Origin: Euprymna scolopes
Taxonomy: Eukaryota
DNA: 64,000 bases
Direction: 5' to 3' (one strand)
Assembly (NCBI GenBank): GCA_053919585.1
Contig: CM132804.1
Translations under genes and position numbers: made by a program
The notes under the pieces: model-generated
The model's input: only the letters and a program-made list of their open reading frames with translations
Database searches by the model: none
What the model was told of the DNA's origin: nothing
Shown: piece by piece, positions 42,531 to 55,137 of the stretch
Layout of the letters: every line of letters starts with the position of its first letter
Position numbering within the stretch: position 1 is the stretch's first letter

Positions 42531-42603
42531 ATTGGTACCGTCGGTTTCAAGCCCGATAATAAGGCCCGTTTAAGGTATCCTTATCAAGCTCTCTTCAGCC
42601 AAT
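42531..42603 (-). ncRNA. Type I hammerhead ribozyme (mirror copy in the palindrome)
   Basis: Exact reverse complement of 42628-42700. Confidence 0.85.
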
Positions 42604-42627
42604 ATTCGTCTCGAATTCGAGACGAAT

Positions 42628-42700
42628 ATTGGCTGAAGAGAGCTTGATAAGGATACCTTAAACGGGCCTTATTATCGGGCTTGAAACCGACGGTACCAAT
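42628..42700 (+). ncRNA. Type I hammerhead ribozyme
   Basis: AUUGG-CUGAAGA-[GAGCUUGAUAA...UUAUCGGGCUU long stem II]-GAAA-CCGACGG-UA^-CCAAU; all core nucleotides present. Confidence 0.85.
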
Positions 42701-42811
42701 GACCTGTCTCAACTAACAACTTTCTGTACACAAAATATAAGTACGCTCTTAAAATTTGGATTTTCCTTTTAATTGAGCACTCTGCTGGAATTCTTTTTCC
42801 AAAAAAAACTA

Positions 42812-42847
<36 letters not shown>

Positions 42848-42856
<9 letters not shown>

Positions 42857-42865
42857 AAGCTGAAC

Positions 42866-42901
<36 letters not shown>

Positions 42902-44948
42902 TCACGAATAGGCTCCTATATGGTTGACTATTTAACGAAATTGATTAATATAATGATAGAAGATGTATCGAGACACAAGAAATGGTATGTTTGATCTGGC
43001 AGAATGGTAATTCATAAAAATTATGGGGTCTGCGTTCGCGCCTGGCCCCCAAAGTATGGAAAAAATGAAGAAAAAAAAGCGTTTACAAGGAGGTTTGATA
43101 TAGATGTACATAAGAATACTTTGATAAGTATGTTTCAACTAAAATAGGGATGGTATAATTAAATCGTGGGGTCTGCGTTCGCGCCTGTTCTCCATGGAAA
43201 TATGGCACAAACTTTAACAAAGACTTTTCATATCTATCTGCATAAGTATACTTTGATAATTATGTTTCAGTTTGAAGAAATATGGTATAATAAAATTATA
43301 GGGTGTTCGTTCGCGCCTGACCTCCATAGAATGTAAATATGTCACAAAAGAAGATTTTTTAAAAGGTGTAAGGGTTCACAATAACACCTTAACTTTAATC
43401 TTAATTCACGTTAGCTTTTATTTAGTTTTTGAGTTAAATCATATTATGTCGAATAAATTCACTTCATAAATTCACGTTCTTATTAAAGTGAAACCCCCCA
43501 AAAAAAAAGAAAAACTCGGAACTTTAGACAATTCACGACACAAATTTTGCATAACTCTGTTTTTTTTCCTTCTCCACTTGCACGTGCCACTCTTTCGAAA
43601 ATAGATAAATAGATAAATAATAAAAATAAGAACTTTACTTGTTATCGTGTCAAAAGAAGGAAACAATCCTGCTCACGTGATTACGTGTCTTTTTAAAAAC
43701 ATTTACATAACCCTTTTATTTATATATCTGTCTAAGCATTTTTCGTCAGTGTACTAGACGGAATTCAGTTGATTACAAACCTTTCTGCGTGGTTTTTACA
43801 TTACAATAGTACAACCCTGATTCCGAAGCCGCAATACTACGACGTTCAATACTGTAAAACTGAAACGGAGCTATTCTTTGCTTTACAAAACTAAAGTAAT
43901 TGCGGGTTTTCTTTTTTAATATCCCATTTTGCTGTTTCGGATTATTTTACCAAAGTAAGTAAAGCTTCATTATTTTTCAAAACTGTTTTTGTTTCTTTGT
44001 TTTTCGATATTTCGTCGATATCATTTAGTAAGCGGGTTTAGCAGAAAAGCCAACAAACGACTACCCGAAAAATAAATATACAAGAAATAAATGTTACCAT
44101 AGTCAATAAGAGTTCAGTTAATGTTTTATTTTTGTTTTTAAATAGTTTTTAATACTTTTTACTTGAAATAATTTCAGCGAACCGAAATTAAAACGAAATT
44201 TGAGGCAATAACTACTTAAATGAATTTTTATATACGGGGTGGTCAAAAAGCCAGGTAACATTTTAAAGAAAAACGATATTAGCAATACACGTATATTTAA
44301 GTACCATACATTGAAATATAAAATGAAACAAACATGAAATATGTTTATTTTGTTAATTGTCGTCCATTTATCTCTATCAATCGCTGGAAGCGATTAACCA
44401 CTGATTGTGTAACACGTGTAATTATGTCAGCTGATATTCGCGCAATCTCCTCTTCAATAAATAACTTTAAAGACGCTATTGTATCAGGCTTCTTGCCATA
44501 AACGCTATCCTTTACATAGCCCCAAAGCCAGAAATCAGGAGGGGTAAGATCCGGAGATCTGGCTGGCCATTCAACTTATAATAAAATAATATTAAACGAA
44601 TAGAGATTATAATGGATCATATTGTTTTTTCTACCTTAAACATGTTACCTGACTTTTTGACCACCCTGTAGACTACACATGCCATAATCGAATATTCCTC
44701 AAGCACAAAATAACAGAAAACAATAAAATAGGTTTCCTTACGTTGAGGGAACTCTCTTAAATTGTTAACACAGAATGCTCAGGTGCTCCTCATTCAAATT
44801 GAAAACGGGGCTCTCTATTTTAAAGTCGCTGCCATTGTTATTTTTTTTTAAACGGTTCGTGAATTTTCACAAACTACTTAAAAATACAAACCAATGAACT
44901 TTTCTACCATAAAAGTAACTTTTATTGACTATGGTAACAGTTATTTCT

Positions 44949-45024
<76 letters not shown>

Positions 45025-45055
45025 AGAAATAACTGTTACCATAGTCAATAAAAGT

Positions 45056-45119
<64 letters not shown>

Positions 45120-45358
45120 ATTTTCTCTTCGTAAGGAAACAGCATTTTTTTGGCTACGAATAGAAGCAATGTGTATATAAAAAATATATTTTCGCGAAAA
45201 TTATCTTCACTTACATTTTGCTTAGGGTAAAATTTTTGTATATCAAAACCTATCTCTTTACAACACCTTCCTTTTCACAACCTATCATATTTTCATCAAT
45301 CGCAGTCCATTTTCTATAGGCTGTTTTTGAATTCAGTCAACGACGGGTACTTCTGCTA

Positions 45359-45359
<1 letters not shown>
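42848..45359 (+). mobile_element. Non-autonomous Helitron family B, ~2.5 kb, with a nested MITE
   Basis: Homologous to 22508-24030; 3' end 'cagtcaacgacgggtacttctgCTAG|T'. Confidence 0.75.
44235..44668 (-). mobile_element. Deleted DD37D/DD41D-type (maT/rosa-like) Tc1/mariner derivative
   Basis: TA|CGGGGTGGTCAAAAAGCCAGGTAACAT / ATGTTACCTGACTTTTTGACCACCCTG|TA; antisense WPARSPDLTPPDFWLWGYVKDSVY. Absent from the homologous site at ~23715. Confidence 0.88.
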
Positions 45360-45401
<42 letters not shown>

Positions 45402-45405
<4 letters not shown>

Positions 45406-46131
45406 CATGGGCGCCGAGCGTTGCCCGGGTGTTTGGATGTGTATGTTTAGAAAAAAAAAAGTGGTAGTAGGAAGGCAGGCTCAAACCCGTACCGCAAAGG
45501 AGGAAAAGAACGGGGTAAAACCTAACGTTTATGCTGTTACGACCACCGCCAAACCGGAAGCGACATTTTTTAAAATAAAGGCTAGACAATCTAAAGGAGA
45601 GGATAACTTTCAAAAATATTGGCGAAAAAAGTTATCCCCTCTGTAGAAAAGTGCCTAGTTGAAGGGGAAGATATTGATGTTTTTAGCCAATTCTTCGATA
45701 TTTGTCGTATGAAAGGTAGAACTTTAAAACGATACTGCTCTTGGTAAAATCTGTCGCCTTTATTGAAAGTTTAAGGCAGACATGCAAACACACATACATA
45801 TATACATTTATATTATAAGTTCTACCTTTCATACGACAAATATCGAAAAATTGGCTAAAAACATTAATATCTTCCCCTTCAACTAGGCACTTTTATACAG
45901 CGGGGGGGGACGTCATTTTTTTTCGCCGATATTTTTTAAAGTTATCCTCTCCTTTAAATTGTCTACCCTTAATTTTTAACAAATGTCGCTTCCGGTTTGG
46001 CGGTGGTCGTAACAGCATAAACGTTCTTTTCCTCCTTTGCGGTACGGGTTCGAGCCTGCCTTCCTACTACCACTTTTTTTTGCTCAACATACACATCCAA
46101 ACACCATGGAAACGCCGGGCTGAAATGCTAG
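45402..46131. mobile_element. Head-to-head inverted pair of family A Helitrons
   Basis: Minus copy 45402-~45815 and 5'-truncated plus copy ~45819-46131 ending CTAG. Confidence 0.8.
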
Positions 46132-46372
46132 TTTATATTATTACAAAATAATAAGATAAAACAATAAATATATACAGTGGAATATTAAAACCGCCACGAC
46201 AAAATTATAGAATAGTGGTAATAAAATATATCAATATAATAATATAGTAATAATGGTAAATAAACAGTGATATGTTGACAAAGTAAATATATATATATTT
46301 TCTCTTGACTAAAACGAGGAAATATTACTATACTAGCAGTTCAGCCCTGCTTTGCTTGGGCCCTATGTACAG

Positions 46373-46430
<58 letters not shown>

Positions 46431-46788
46431 AGAGAGAGAGAAAGAGAGAGAGAAAATAAGAAAATTGTTAGATATTAGCAATTATTATGATCATTATATC
46501 TATATTAATTACTTTTTTTTTAGATTTTAAGTTTCTCTAACTTGGTTGAAGGATTCCAATGTTACATAGTGTTATCATTGAAGTTATCACTAGGGTTATC
46601 ATAGAGGGGCACCAAATTGACGTTTGGTGTATAACATAAAAGGGGAGGACCATAATTGTATTTGTTGTTATGGAATGATTATTATTAGAATGAAAGGAGA
46701 TTATGCGTGTCATAAAAGAATTCCGTGTGCGTATTATCGTCTAGTTTCATATGCGGTTGTGTGCGTTCATCTCTAATTGTTCATATGC

Positions 46789-46829
<41 letters not shown>

Positions 46830-46849
46830 ATGCATTTTCTTCGACATAC

Positions 46850-47169
46850 CTTACTTCATGTGTCGTTGATGTTGATCCATCTGGAATTCATCTTCTCTTG
46901 GAGGGAGACTGATACCTGTTAGACGAAGATTTATCACTCCAAAACGATGAATTGGTTTTATAGTTTTTTATTTACCTTCCAGATGTCGACACAGAATATG
47001 GAAGTGAATCTTGCTTGCTTGAACATGTCAGCGTCCCCCACCCCCAGTGAAGGGGAGGGAACAGCTATTAAGCCGTCCGTCTTCTTCAAAGCCCAAATCC
47101 AGTCTCACAGATCTAGCCAACCTGACCACGTCACTCATACGTAATCTGGTCAGCTGACCCTCGGTTCTG
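46850..47169. other. Non-repetitive GC-richer island with splice-like signals (candidate exons, strand unresolved)
   Basis: Minus: AAG|gtaaat...60 nt...ctaacag| then a 61-66-nt exon |gtaagg or |gtatgt. Plus: ttaccttccag| at 46982 and |gtaaac at 47170. No recognisable protein. Confidence 0.3.
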
Positions 47170-47849
47170 GTAAACGTGTCCACACTCCACGTTTACTCAC
47201 CTCTCTCTCTCTCTCTCAATCCATTCTGTAACACCAATGTGGGGTTTTTATTCTTATATTTCTCATCGGTAGATTCGTATGCGTTTTTGCTGCTAAATGA
47301 CTTTCGTCGGCGTTTGATTCGTAGGAAAATCATGTTTAATTTTCGATTTTTGAGCGATTATTTGGAAAAATAAGTAACGTTACACAAATAGGGAGGATTT
47401 TTTTTCATGTTTGAGTGATCCGTCCGAATGCCATTAACCCGGAATAATCAACGCAGCATTTTTTAAGTTGATAAAAGGTATAAAAACAACAGAAATAAAT
47501 AGGATAATAATGCAATAAAGCAGATTATTAAATATTGCATTGACTAAACATTAAACTAATAAAATAATACATGAGGCATTAAAATAATAATAAAATATTA
47601 CATATTTTACAATAAAATAATGGAACAAAAAGTAAAATAATTAGGCGGTAAAAGGCATATGAAAGCCAGATATACAAAAATGAAGTATAAAGTTTGATAG
47701 AGATTAGGTGGAGGTGCGTATAAGAGGGCACACACTTATGGTGATTTTGCTGATAGTAATCAGTAAAGGAGAGATCTTCATGACTGAGATAATTTTAATT
47801 TTTGTTCTCATCCAGAGTGACCCTTTTTAGTAAGCAGGAATTTCTCCAC

Positions 47850-48725
47850 ATCAAAACCTACCTTGTGTCGTACTCTGCCCCCGTGGGGAGGCAAGTAAAT
47901 AGAAATCATTATAAACGAAATAATCGAACTTCAAACACCAATATATAAACAAGATTACAATTTTAAAGATGTATAAATAAAGGACTAAAAATTTAAGTAT
48001 TTCATGTCAATATTAAATTTGGTATGTAAATTGATAAGATGTGATTTACCTACACTTTATTGTTATTTCATGTTTTATTTTTACTATTAAGGAGCTTATA
48101 TCTGCCATTAACTTTATTATACAAGTTTTTATTAAGACATAAGAACACAATATGAATTTAAAGATTGACAAGTGCTACTTTTCTTTAACATTGATTAGTT
48201 AGTTCTCAATAGTATATACAAAGTGATGTTTTAATTGTGTAATTTGAATTGTTGAAGGAGCATTTATGGCCTGTATATTTTTCCCCCAGGGAAGTTTCCG
48301 CAATATGACCATGGTGTTTGTTTATACAGAACGGAGAAAAAAGGAAAAAAAAGGCCAAAGACCCTAGTGTTTTGATGTGATGTTTTGAATATAATAAACT
48401 AGTTATGACATAAGTTTCAGTTCATTCGGAAAAAAAACAGTAAGAAATGGGGCCTAATTAGAGTTGGGGCCCGTTTTCATGGGTCCCCCTGTACATAGTT
48501 TTTCTTGGTGATTATTTTACTAATTCATTAAGGGATATGTTTGATTATAGATTCTGGGTGGTTAGAAAGGGGTGAGTATGAATCGGATTTGCAGTCTCCT
48601 TTTTATAGGATTCATACAATCAAAAAACCCGCCACCCCTTATAAGACCTATTGTCTCGGCTTCAATATCCATAGCAAGAGAATATATGTAAAGAGTTAGT
48701 GAATCTACCATTTCAACTGAATCCT
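47850..48725. pseudogene. Very degenerate PLE-like RT fragments in mixed orientation
   Basis: Plus FYRIHTIKKP...IRPIVS (~48600-48660) and antisense DSVEMVD...LAMDIEA (~48660-48725). Confidence 0.35.
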
Positions 48726-48859
48726 AAAAAATATGCAGCGATAGATCGAAGGTTCCTACTTGTTTTGTTTGTTTCACTGTTCATTTTCCCAACCGTTTTC
48801 ACTTTCATTTATTATATTTGAACCATGGCCTGATTTCTCTCTGCCTATTATTATTTTTC

Positions 48860-50585
48860 ATTTTTTTTACTCATGTTCACGCCTAATATTACATATAGCC
48901 ACTTGGACGTAAGGGCCACTACTTTGGACAATGCCAAAAAAATTAAAAGATGTTAGTTTACGTTACATTAAAACTTCTGCATATAAGTACAGTTAGGGAA
49001 GCAGGTAGCAGGAAGGGAATTACAAAATCTACCTGTTCAGGGGAAGAAAAGATTAGAGCAGAAAGCTTTCTGGAATTTAAGAACCACAACAGTGAAGGGG
49101 CGAGGTTTTGTTGCTAAGCGGGTTTTCGGGGATATGTATGTCGGGGGGCAAAAGTGCAACGATTTCTTCAGAGCACATCCCATTAAGATATTTTTAAAAC
49201 AGGCAGAGAGATGCAACGTTACAGCGATGGACAGGGGTTGGAGCTTAGTCTCCAAAGTGTGACCAATTAGATTGAAGACTTTTTTTTAGACCCTATCCAA
49301 GAGAGAGAAGCTAGTGGTAGATGCCCCACAAGCATTCTCAAGTGCCCAGCTTTAGGGGTGGGGTGTGTCGGGAGTGGGGGAAACGGCATTCATTGCCCTA
49401 GACAAGAAACAAGATCTACCAATGGGTGTTTCTGTCGAATCACTGTGATAGTATCTCTGCGCCTGACTAATAGGCAAAGAAGGAGTATGGAAGCCGGGCG
49501 ATAGGCAGGACCTATCTACTCCTTAAGCAATTTAGGTTTGCAAACCGGTAATTTGTTTGAGTCACCAGCTCTAGGAAGGTTGTCATCCAAGACTGAAGAG
49601 GCCTCCCTCCTCTTTGGTTTAGTTTCAGAGTTTTCCGTCTCCTAGACGGATGATCTCCAATCCGTAGTGGAATGGGGACAAAAATGGTTGGTCACATTCA
49701 ATGCTGCTAAGACTAAGCCTGTTTCCTTCAATAACTACAAGAAACCTTCTCTACCACCAATAGCAATGGCCAAGAACACATTGCCTGAAAGTACTTCTTT
49801 TAAACTCCTCGGCCTAACGTTTACAGGGAATATGAACTGGAATAGATACATTCAGAGCATTGCCAAGGCTGCTGCAAGGAAGGTTGGCTCCCTCTACCGT
49901 GCTAGAAAACTACTTACGCCTGCCAGTGTCCTATACCTCTATAAGGCAACCATTCGCCCATGTATGGAGTACTGTTGTCACATCTGGGCTGGTGCATCTG
50001 CTGCTTGTCTCTCGCTCCTGGACAGGGTTCAAAAAAGAGTCGCCAACCTGATAGGTCCTGAACTGTCATCTAGGCTTCAACCTCTGTCCCATCGATGAGA
50101 TGTTGCATCCCTTTGCCTGTTCTACAAATACTTTAATGGTGAATGCTCTGACGAACTGCAAACACTTGTACCTCCCCGACGTAACTACCCCCGACAAACC
50201 CGACAAGCTACTAAGTCTCATCCCTTTACAGTAGAGATCCCTAGGTGCAAGAAAGCCTTTTACTCCAATAGTTTCTTCCCCATAACTGCGGGTCTTTGGA
50301 ACTCCCTTCCGGGATTCTGCTTTCCCAACTGCAATGATATGCAGAAGTTCAAGTGTAATGTTAACAAACATCTTTCTACTCTTCTCCCTTCATAATGACC
50401 CCGCTAATTAATTCCCTAATAGTAGCCCCCTGCTTCAAAGTGGCACTGTGCCTTGTTTGGGGTGAAAATTGAATTTAAAAAAAAAAGATGTGGTAAGAAT
50501 ACTCCATATATGGGCGAATGGTGACCTTGTTCATGTACAAAATATTTTCTGGTGTGAGTAGTTTTCTAGCTCGATAAAGGTCGGT
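48860..50585 (-). mobile_element. Older CR1 fragment (48860-49328 plus 50487-50585) interrupted by a younger insertion
   Basis: The antisense reading ...IRPYMEYSYHI (50487-50525) continues into ASTTSFSLLDRV (49325 downward). Confidence 0.75.
49645..50486 (+). mobile_element. Young 5'-truncated CR1-group LINE with poly(A) tail
   Basis: EWGQKWLVTFNAAKT...MEYCCHIWAGAS...LQPLSHR*DVASLCLFYKY; one CGA-to-TGA-type stop at 50096; 3' UTR and A10. Confidence 0.93.
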
Positions 50586-52461
50586 TTTAATGGGGGGGAG
50601 CAGCTAGGCAAAAAGGGATCACTCTGGCAGTATCTAAATAAATAGCAATTGTTTCAGTATGAAAGGTTTCTCCTACATTGGCCAAGGACCAGTTGCAGAA
50701 CAGATACTACCCGGCTCGACGGTCAGGCGCTTGCGTGATTGCATTAGATTAGTTTCACTTTATTAATACGAAAAAGACAAAAAACACTCAAAACCAGGGA
50801 TTTTTTTAAAACTCAATCAAAGAGAAAAATGATAGAGACAATGACCGTTTGCAAATCTGAGATATTACGATCATACACAAACGCGCGCGCCTATTTTGCC
50901 TTTTATATGCTAGATTATATATTGTATAAACTATATGCCATTTAAATCAAGAGTTAAAGTAGCTAATCAATATTTAATTATATTGAGGAAGCTTTAATCA
51001 TTACAAGATGTTTCTTTTTGATGTAATAAATATAAGTACAAAAGTCTGCCTCCTGCCAAGAATCTGACTGCTTGATTAAGTAAAAGAAAATCGACTGATA
51101 AAACTGCTATAGGAACGGCTAAAGATACGACGAAGCCAAAAAGCGAGGAAATAACAGTTTCGATCATGAACATTTCTACAGGAAGAGGATTAACAAGATC
51201 ATTACTTGAAGTTAGCCAAGTCCATTCAGTTACTTAAAACGAATATATTCCTTTCGCAAGACGTATAACTTCATATAGTTTGATTTTTCTACCATACGAC
51301 AACGGACGCTTAAGGCTGGTAAGACAAATAAAAATGGAGATTTTCCCCTTTTCTAGCCCATGAAAGAAAACTAAAACAAATCGATCCTGTTGTTAACCGA
51401 CCAAAACTAGTCCTCCGCTACCGAAAAACAGCGTCTGACAACAAACCGAGCAAACCAAATCCAGGCAGGTTTCCATGTCGCTAGCTTTTAAGTAATGAAT
51501 AAGGCTAAGAAAACAACATAGTCTTTTCATTGTTTTGACTCAGATCACATAAGATATCAATGGATACACACTCGAGAGTCAAAGCAATAAAAAGAATATG
51601 CTGTTGTCCTAACCCTAGTAATAACACTCTCACCAAAATGAGGCAGTCGTAAGTGGCCATGCAATTACGTGCAATTTTTTTTTTTACCGGAAACGTAAAA
51701 TTCAGTTATACCGCAACAGGTACTGGTCGCAACGCTATTTTACTCAGTATTGAAATATTATCTATCTAAAGTCAACGTAACTCAAAGATATTACGCGCAG
51801 CAAATTAATAATACCCCAAATAGTTCTACAATACAGAAAGAACTGCCAAACCGTTTTACCGGGCGTCTCTCAAAAATAGACAGTTTATCGGATTAGCAGC
51901 ACTAGTGGAAGCTCCTTGGTGTAGTAACATCTTTTGTCTGATGGATTACTACAAGCGGGGTCTTAGAGGTCTTAATTGGCTCTAGTGACTGGAGAGACCT
52001 TTTATTACTTGTGACTGAGACTGACTACGCAAGTAATCAATTGTTTTCATAAATTCTTGCCATTAATACCTAAGATAATGGCAATAAAATGTTTCTTCTT
52101 TCCGGTCAAAAGAAAAAAATCGCCTTATCCATAAATCCCCCAAGAAGTGATAGCTATTGAAACTGTTTCGGGCATATTAGTATTAAAAGAACTAATGCTG
52201 TATTTTTGGAGGGCTTTGTTGTGACGGAACTACATGTGTTACCTACAAATGAATTAATCTACACACAATAAATACCGGAAGCCAAAGTAGTAAGACGGTA
52301 TTCGAAATCTTGTAGACCAACCAATGGTTATTCGTTGGCTTGTTGAAAAACACTTACTTTTAGATGTTCTTGTTAATAGATTTTGCTATTCTTGTTTACT
52401 GATTTCCTTTTAACGCTTTGAAAAGGGCTTATAAGCATTACGAATATACTTGAAATTAATT

Positions 52462-52519
<58 letters not shown>

Positions 52520-52522
<3 letters not shown>

Positions 52523-54154
52523 TGATGATCATATTTATTGGCACGATAAAATAAAAGTTAAATTTTGTCTAATAAATTCTAAAAAAGGGATTAAATTAAA
52601 GAAAATAACAAAGTATATTATGTATTTTTACCTGGCCTTTCCGATGCAGCAATCGGATTTTAGAAAAAATAAATAACAAAGGAACAACAAACATAATTGC
52701 AAAAAACCCTTGTTCCAAATTATTGGCACGGCTTTGTTTTTCTTTTAGTATCAGTATAATATCAATCAATTTCCGGTTTACGTGCTTTCTGAACTTTTTT
52801 ATAGCCATATTATGCTTGTTTAACGCTAATTCAGTGAATAATTTTTTTCAGATAATTTTTAGATAGCGATTTATTTAAACTATTATAAGTGACTAAATTA
52901 TAATTTTCAATCGCCATGGTTAAAACTAAGGAACACAGCGAAGACGTCAGGAAGCTTGTTGTAGCATGCCATACCAATGGGGAGGGCTATGATAAGATTT
53001 CAAAGAAGCTAAACCTTCCCAAATCCACTGTTAGAGTCATAATAAACAAGTTCAAATCGCAAGGCCACGTTATGAGTTTAGAGGGTAGAGGGAGAAAAAG
53101 GATTCTTTCCCCAAGAGATGACCGGAAAATTGTTCGACAAGTAAAACAAAACCCAAGGATCTCTGTTGGGGAGATTGTTGATGAACAGAGCACCTCTGGA
53201 GTGAATGTATCTCGACATTCAGTTGGTAGAGTTTTGAAGAGAGCTGGTTTAAAAGCATGTCGTCCGAGAAAGACTCCCTTATTGAAGCCTATGCACCTGA
53301 AAGCAAGGCTAGCCTTTGCAAAACGTCATATTGATAAAGATGTTGCATTCTGGAAACGTGTTCTATGGACTGACGAAACGAAAATAGAGTTATTTGGCCA
53401 TAATAAAGTGTCTTATATTTACAGAAAATCTGGCGAAGCTTTCCTGCCTAAGAACACCATACCCACAATGAAGCACGGTGGAGGCAGTTTGATGTTTTGG
53501 GGATCATTTGCTGCCTCTGGACCAGGGCGACTTGTTAAGGTCACAGGTAGCATAAAAAAAGGAAGATTATGTTAAAATATTGGATGAAAACCTGAAAGAC
53601 TCTGCTAAAGAGCTCTCACTTGGTCGTCGTTGGTGGTTCATGCAAGATAATGACCCAAAGCATTCGGCTAAACTGACTAAGAAATGGCTTGAGGACAATC
53701 ATATTAATGTTTTGGAGTGGCCATCACAAAGCCCAGACCTTAATCCAATTGAAAATTTATGGAGAACATTAAAATTGAGGGTAATGCAAAGGAAGCCTAA
53801 GAATCTTATTCAATTGGAGGATTATTGTCAGGAAGAGTGGGCTAAAATTACTACTGAAGAGTGCAACAACTTGGTTGTAAACTATGAAAAGCGACTGAGG
53901 AAGGTAATCAAGGCCAAAGGCTATACAATTGATTATTAAATAAATCGTGCCAATAATTTTGAACAAGGGTTTTTTGCAATTATGTTTGTTGTTCCTTTGT
54001 TATTTATTTTTTCTAAAATCCGATTGCTGCATCGGAAAGGCCAGTTAAAAATACATAATATACGTTGTTATGTTGTTTAATTTAATCCCTTTTTTAGAAT
54101 TTATTAGACAAAATTTAACTTTTATTTTACCGTGCCAATAAATATGATCATCAC

Positions 54155-54156
<2 letters not shown>
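52520..54156 (+). mobile_element. Tc1 (DD34E) IR/DR transposon, 1637 bp, TA TSD
   Basis: ~210-bp near-identical TIRs (CAGTGATGATCATATTTATTGGCACG...) with inner and outer TATTGGCACG direct repeats; inserted in a (TA)n/(TG)n microsatellite. Confidence 0.97.
52916..53939 (+). CDS. Tc1 transposase, single +1 frameshift in A7 (53554-53560); 340 aa if restored
   Basis: Paired-like [38 protein letters not shown] (34-residue spacing). Confidence 0.92.
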
Positions 54157-54191
<35 letters not shown>

Positions 54192-54254
54192 TATATGCAT
54201 CCATACCTACACATATATATAAGTATAAATACACGTATGTGTGTATGTAAATCC

Positions 54255-54302
<48 letters not shown>

Positions 54303-54328
54303 TATGCGTGCATGTATATACAGCTTAG

Positions 54329-54371
<43 letters not shown>

Positions 54372-55137
54372 GCGTGCATACATACATAAACACACTCACA
54401 CACACGCACATATATATACACACGTATGTGTACATGTATNNNNNNNNNNNNNNNNNNNNNNNNNNNNNNNNNNNNNNNNNNNNNNNNNNNNNNNNNNNNN
54501 NNNNNNNNNNNNNNNNNNNNNNNNNNNNNNNNNNNNNNNNNNNNNNNNNNNNNNNNNNNNNNNNNNNNNNNNNNNNNNNNNNNNNNNNNNNNNNNNNNNN
54601 NNNNNNNNNNNNNNNNNNNNNNNNNNNNNNNNNNNNNNNNNNNNNNNNNCCTATTTTTCTTTTTTCTCAGCTATTTTCCTTTTTCTCAACTTTTCCAAGA
54701 GGGGATTTATGTTTGGGAAATTATTTCACCAAATATAAATTTAATATGATACAAGAGTGTCACCTTTCAAATTTGATTGGAATAGAAAGCTTATCAGTGC
54801 AGGAATCAACTACATTCGCACCTGTGCGATAAAGCATTTTGTGTCAACCGTCACACGATCCCCATCCTTCTCAGATGATGCCATTTTGTCTGTGATTTAA
54901 AACGCCGATCGGTATGTTCATATGGGTCAGCCTGAGCGTAAAAACGCATTTCATTCTGTTGATATGCCGACTCAAGTGACAGATAGTCTAGTCACTAGAG
55001 CAAATCAAATCTAAGTGTTATATCGCTTAAAAACGATAGGATAGAGAAAATGTAGATAAGTACTTTATTAAGTCATGGAACGCTTTTGCAATAGTAGGTG
55101 TTAACTACAAGTCCGTGTTACTAGAATATGCAGTATC

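Larger units (their letters stand above)
42498..42733. repeat. Perfect 236-bp spacerless palindrome within a (TA)n-flanked insert
   Basis: Centre GAA|TTC at 42615/42616; arms match base for base as far as checked by eye. Confidence 0.95.

Noticed and set aside
50096-50098. In-frame TGA as readthrough in CR1
   Set aside because: Other copies encode Arg here (HRR); simple CpG decay explains it.
50900-52440. Possible ancient LINE (RTE-like) remnant
   Set aside because: No motif recognisable with confidence by eye.
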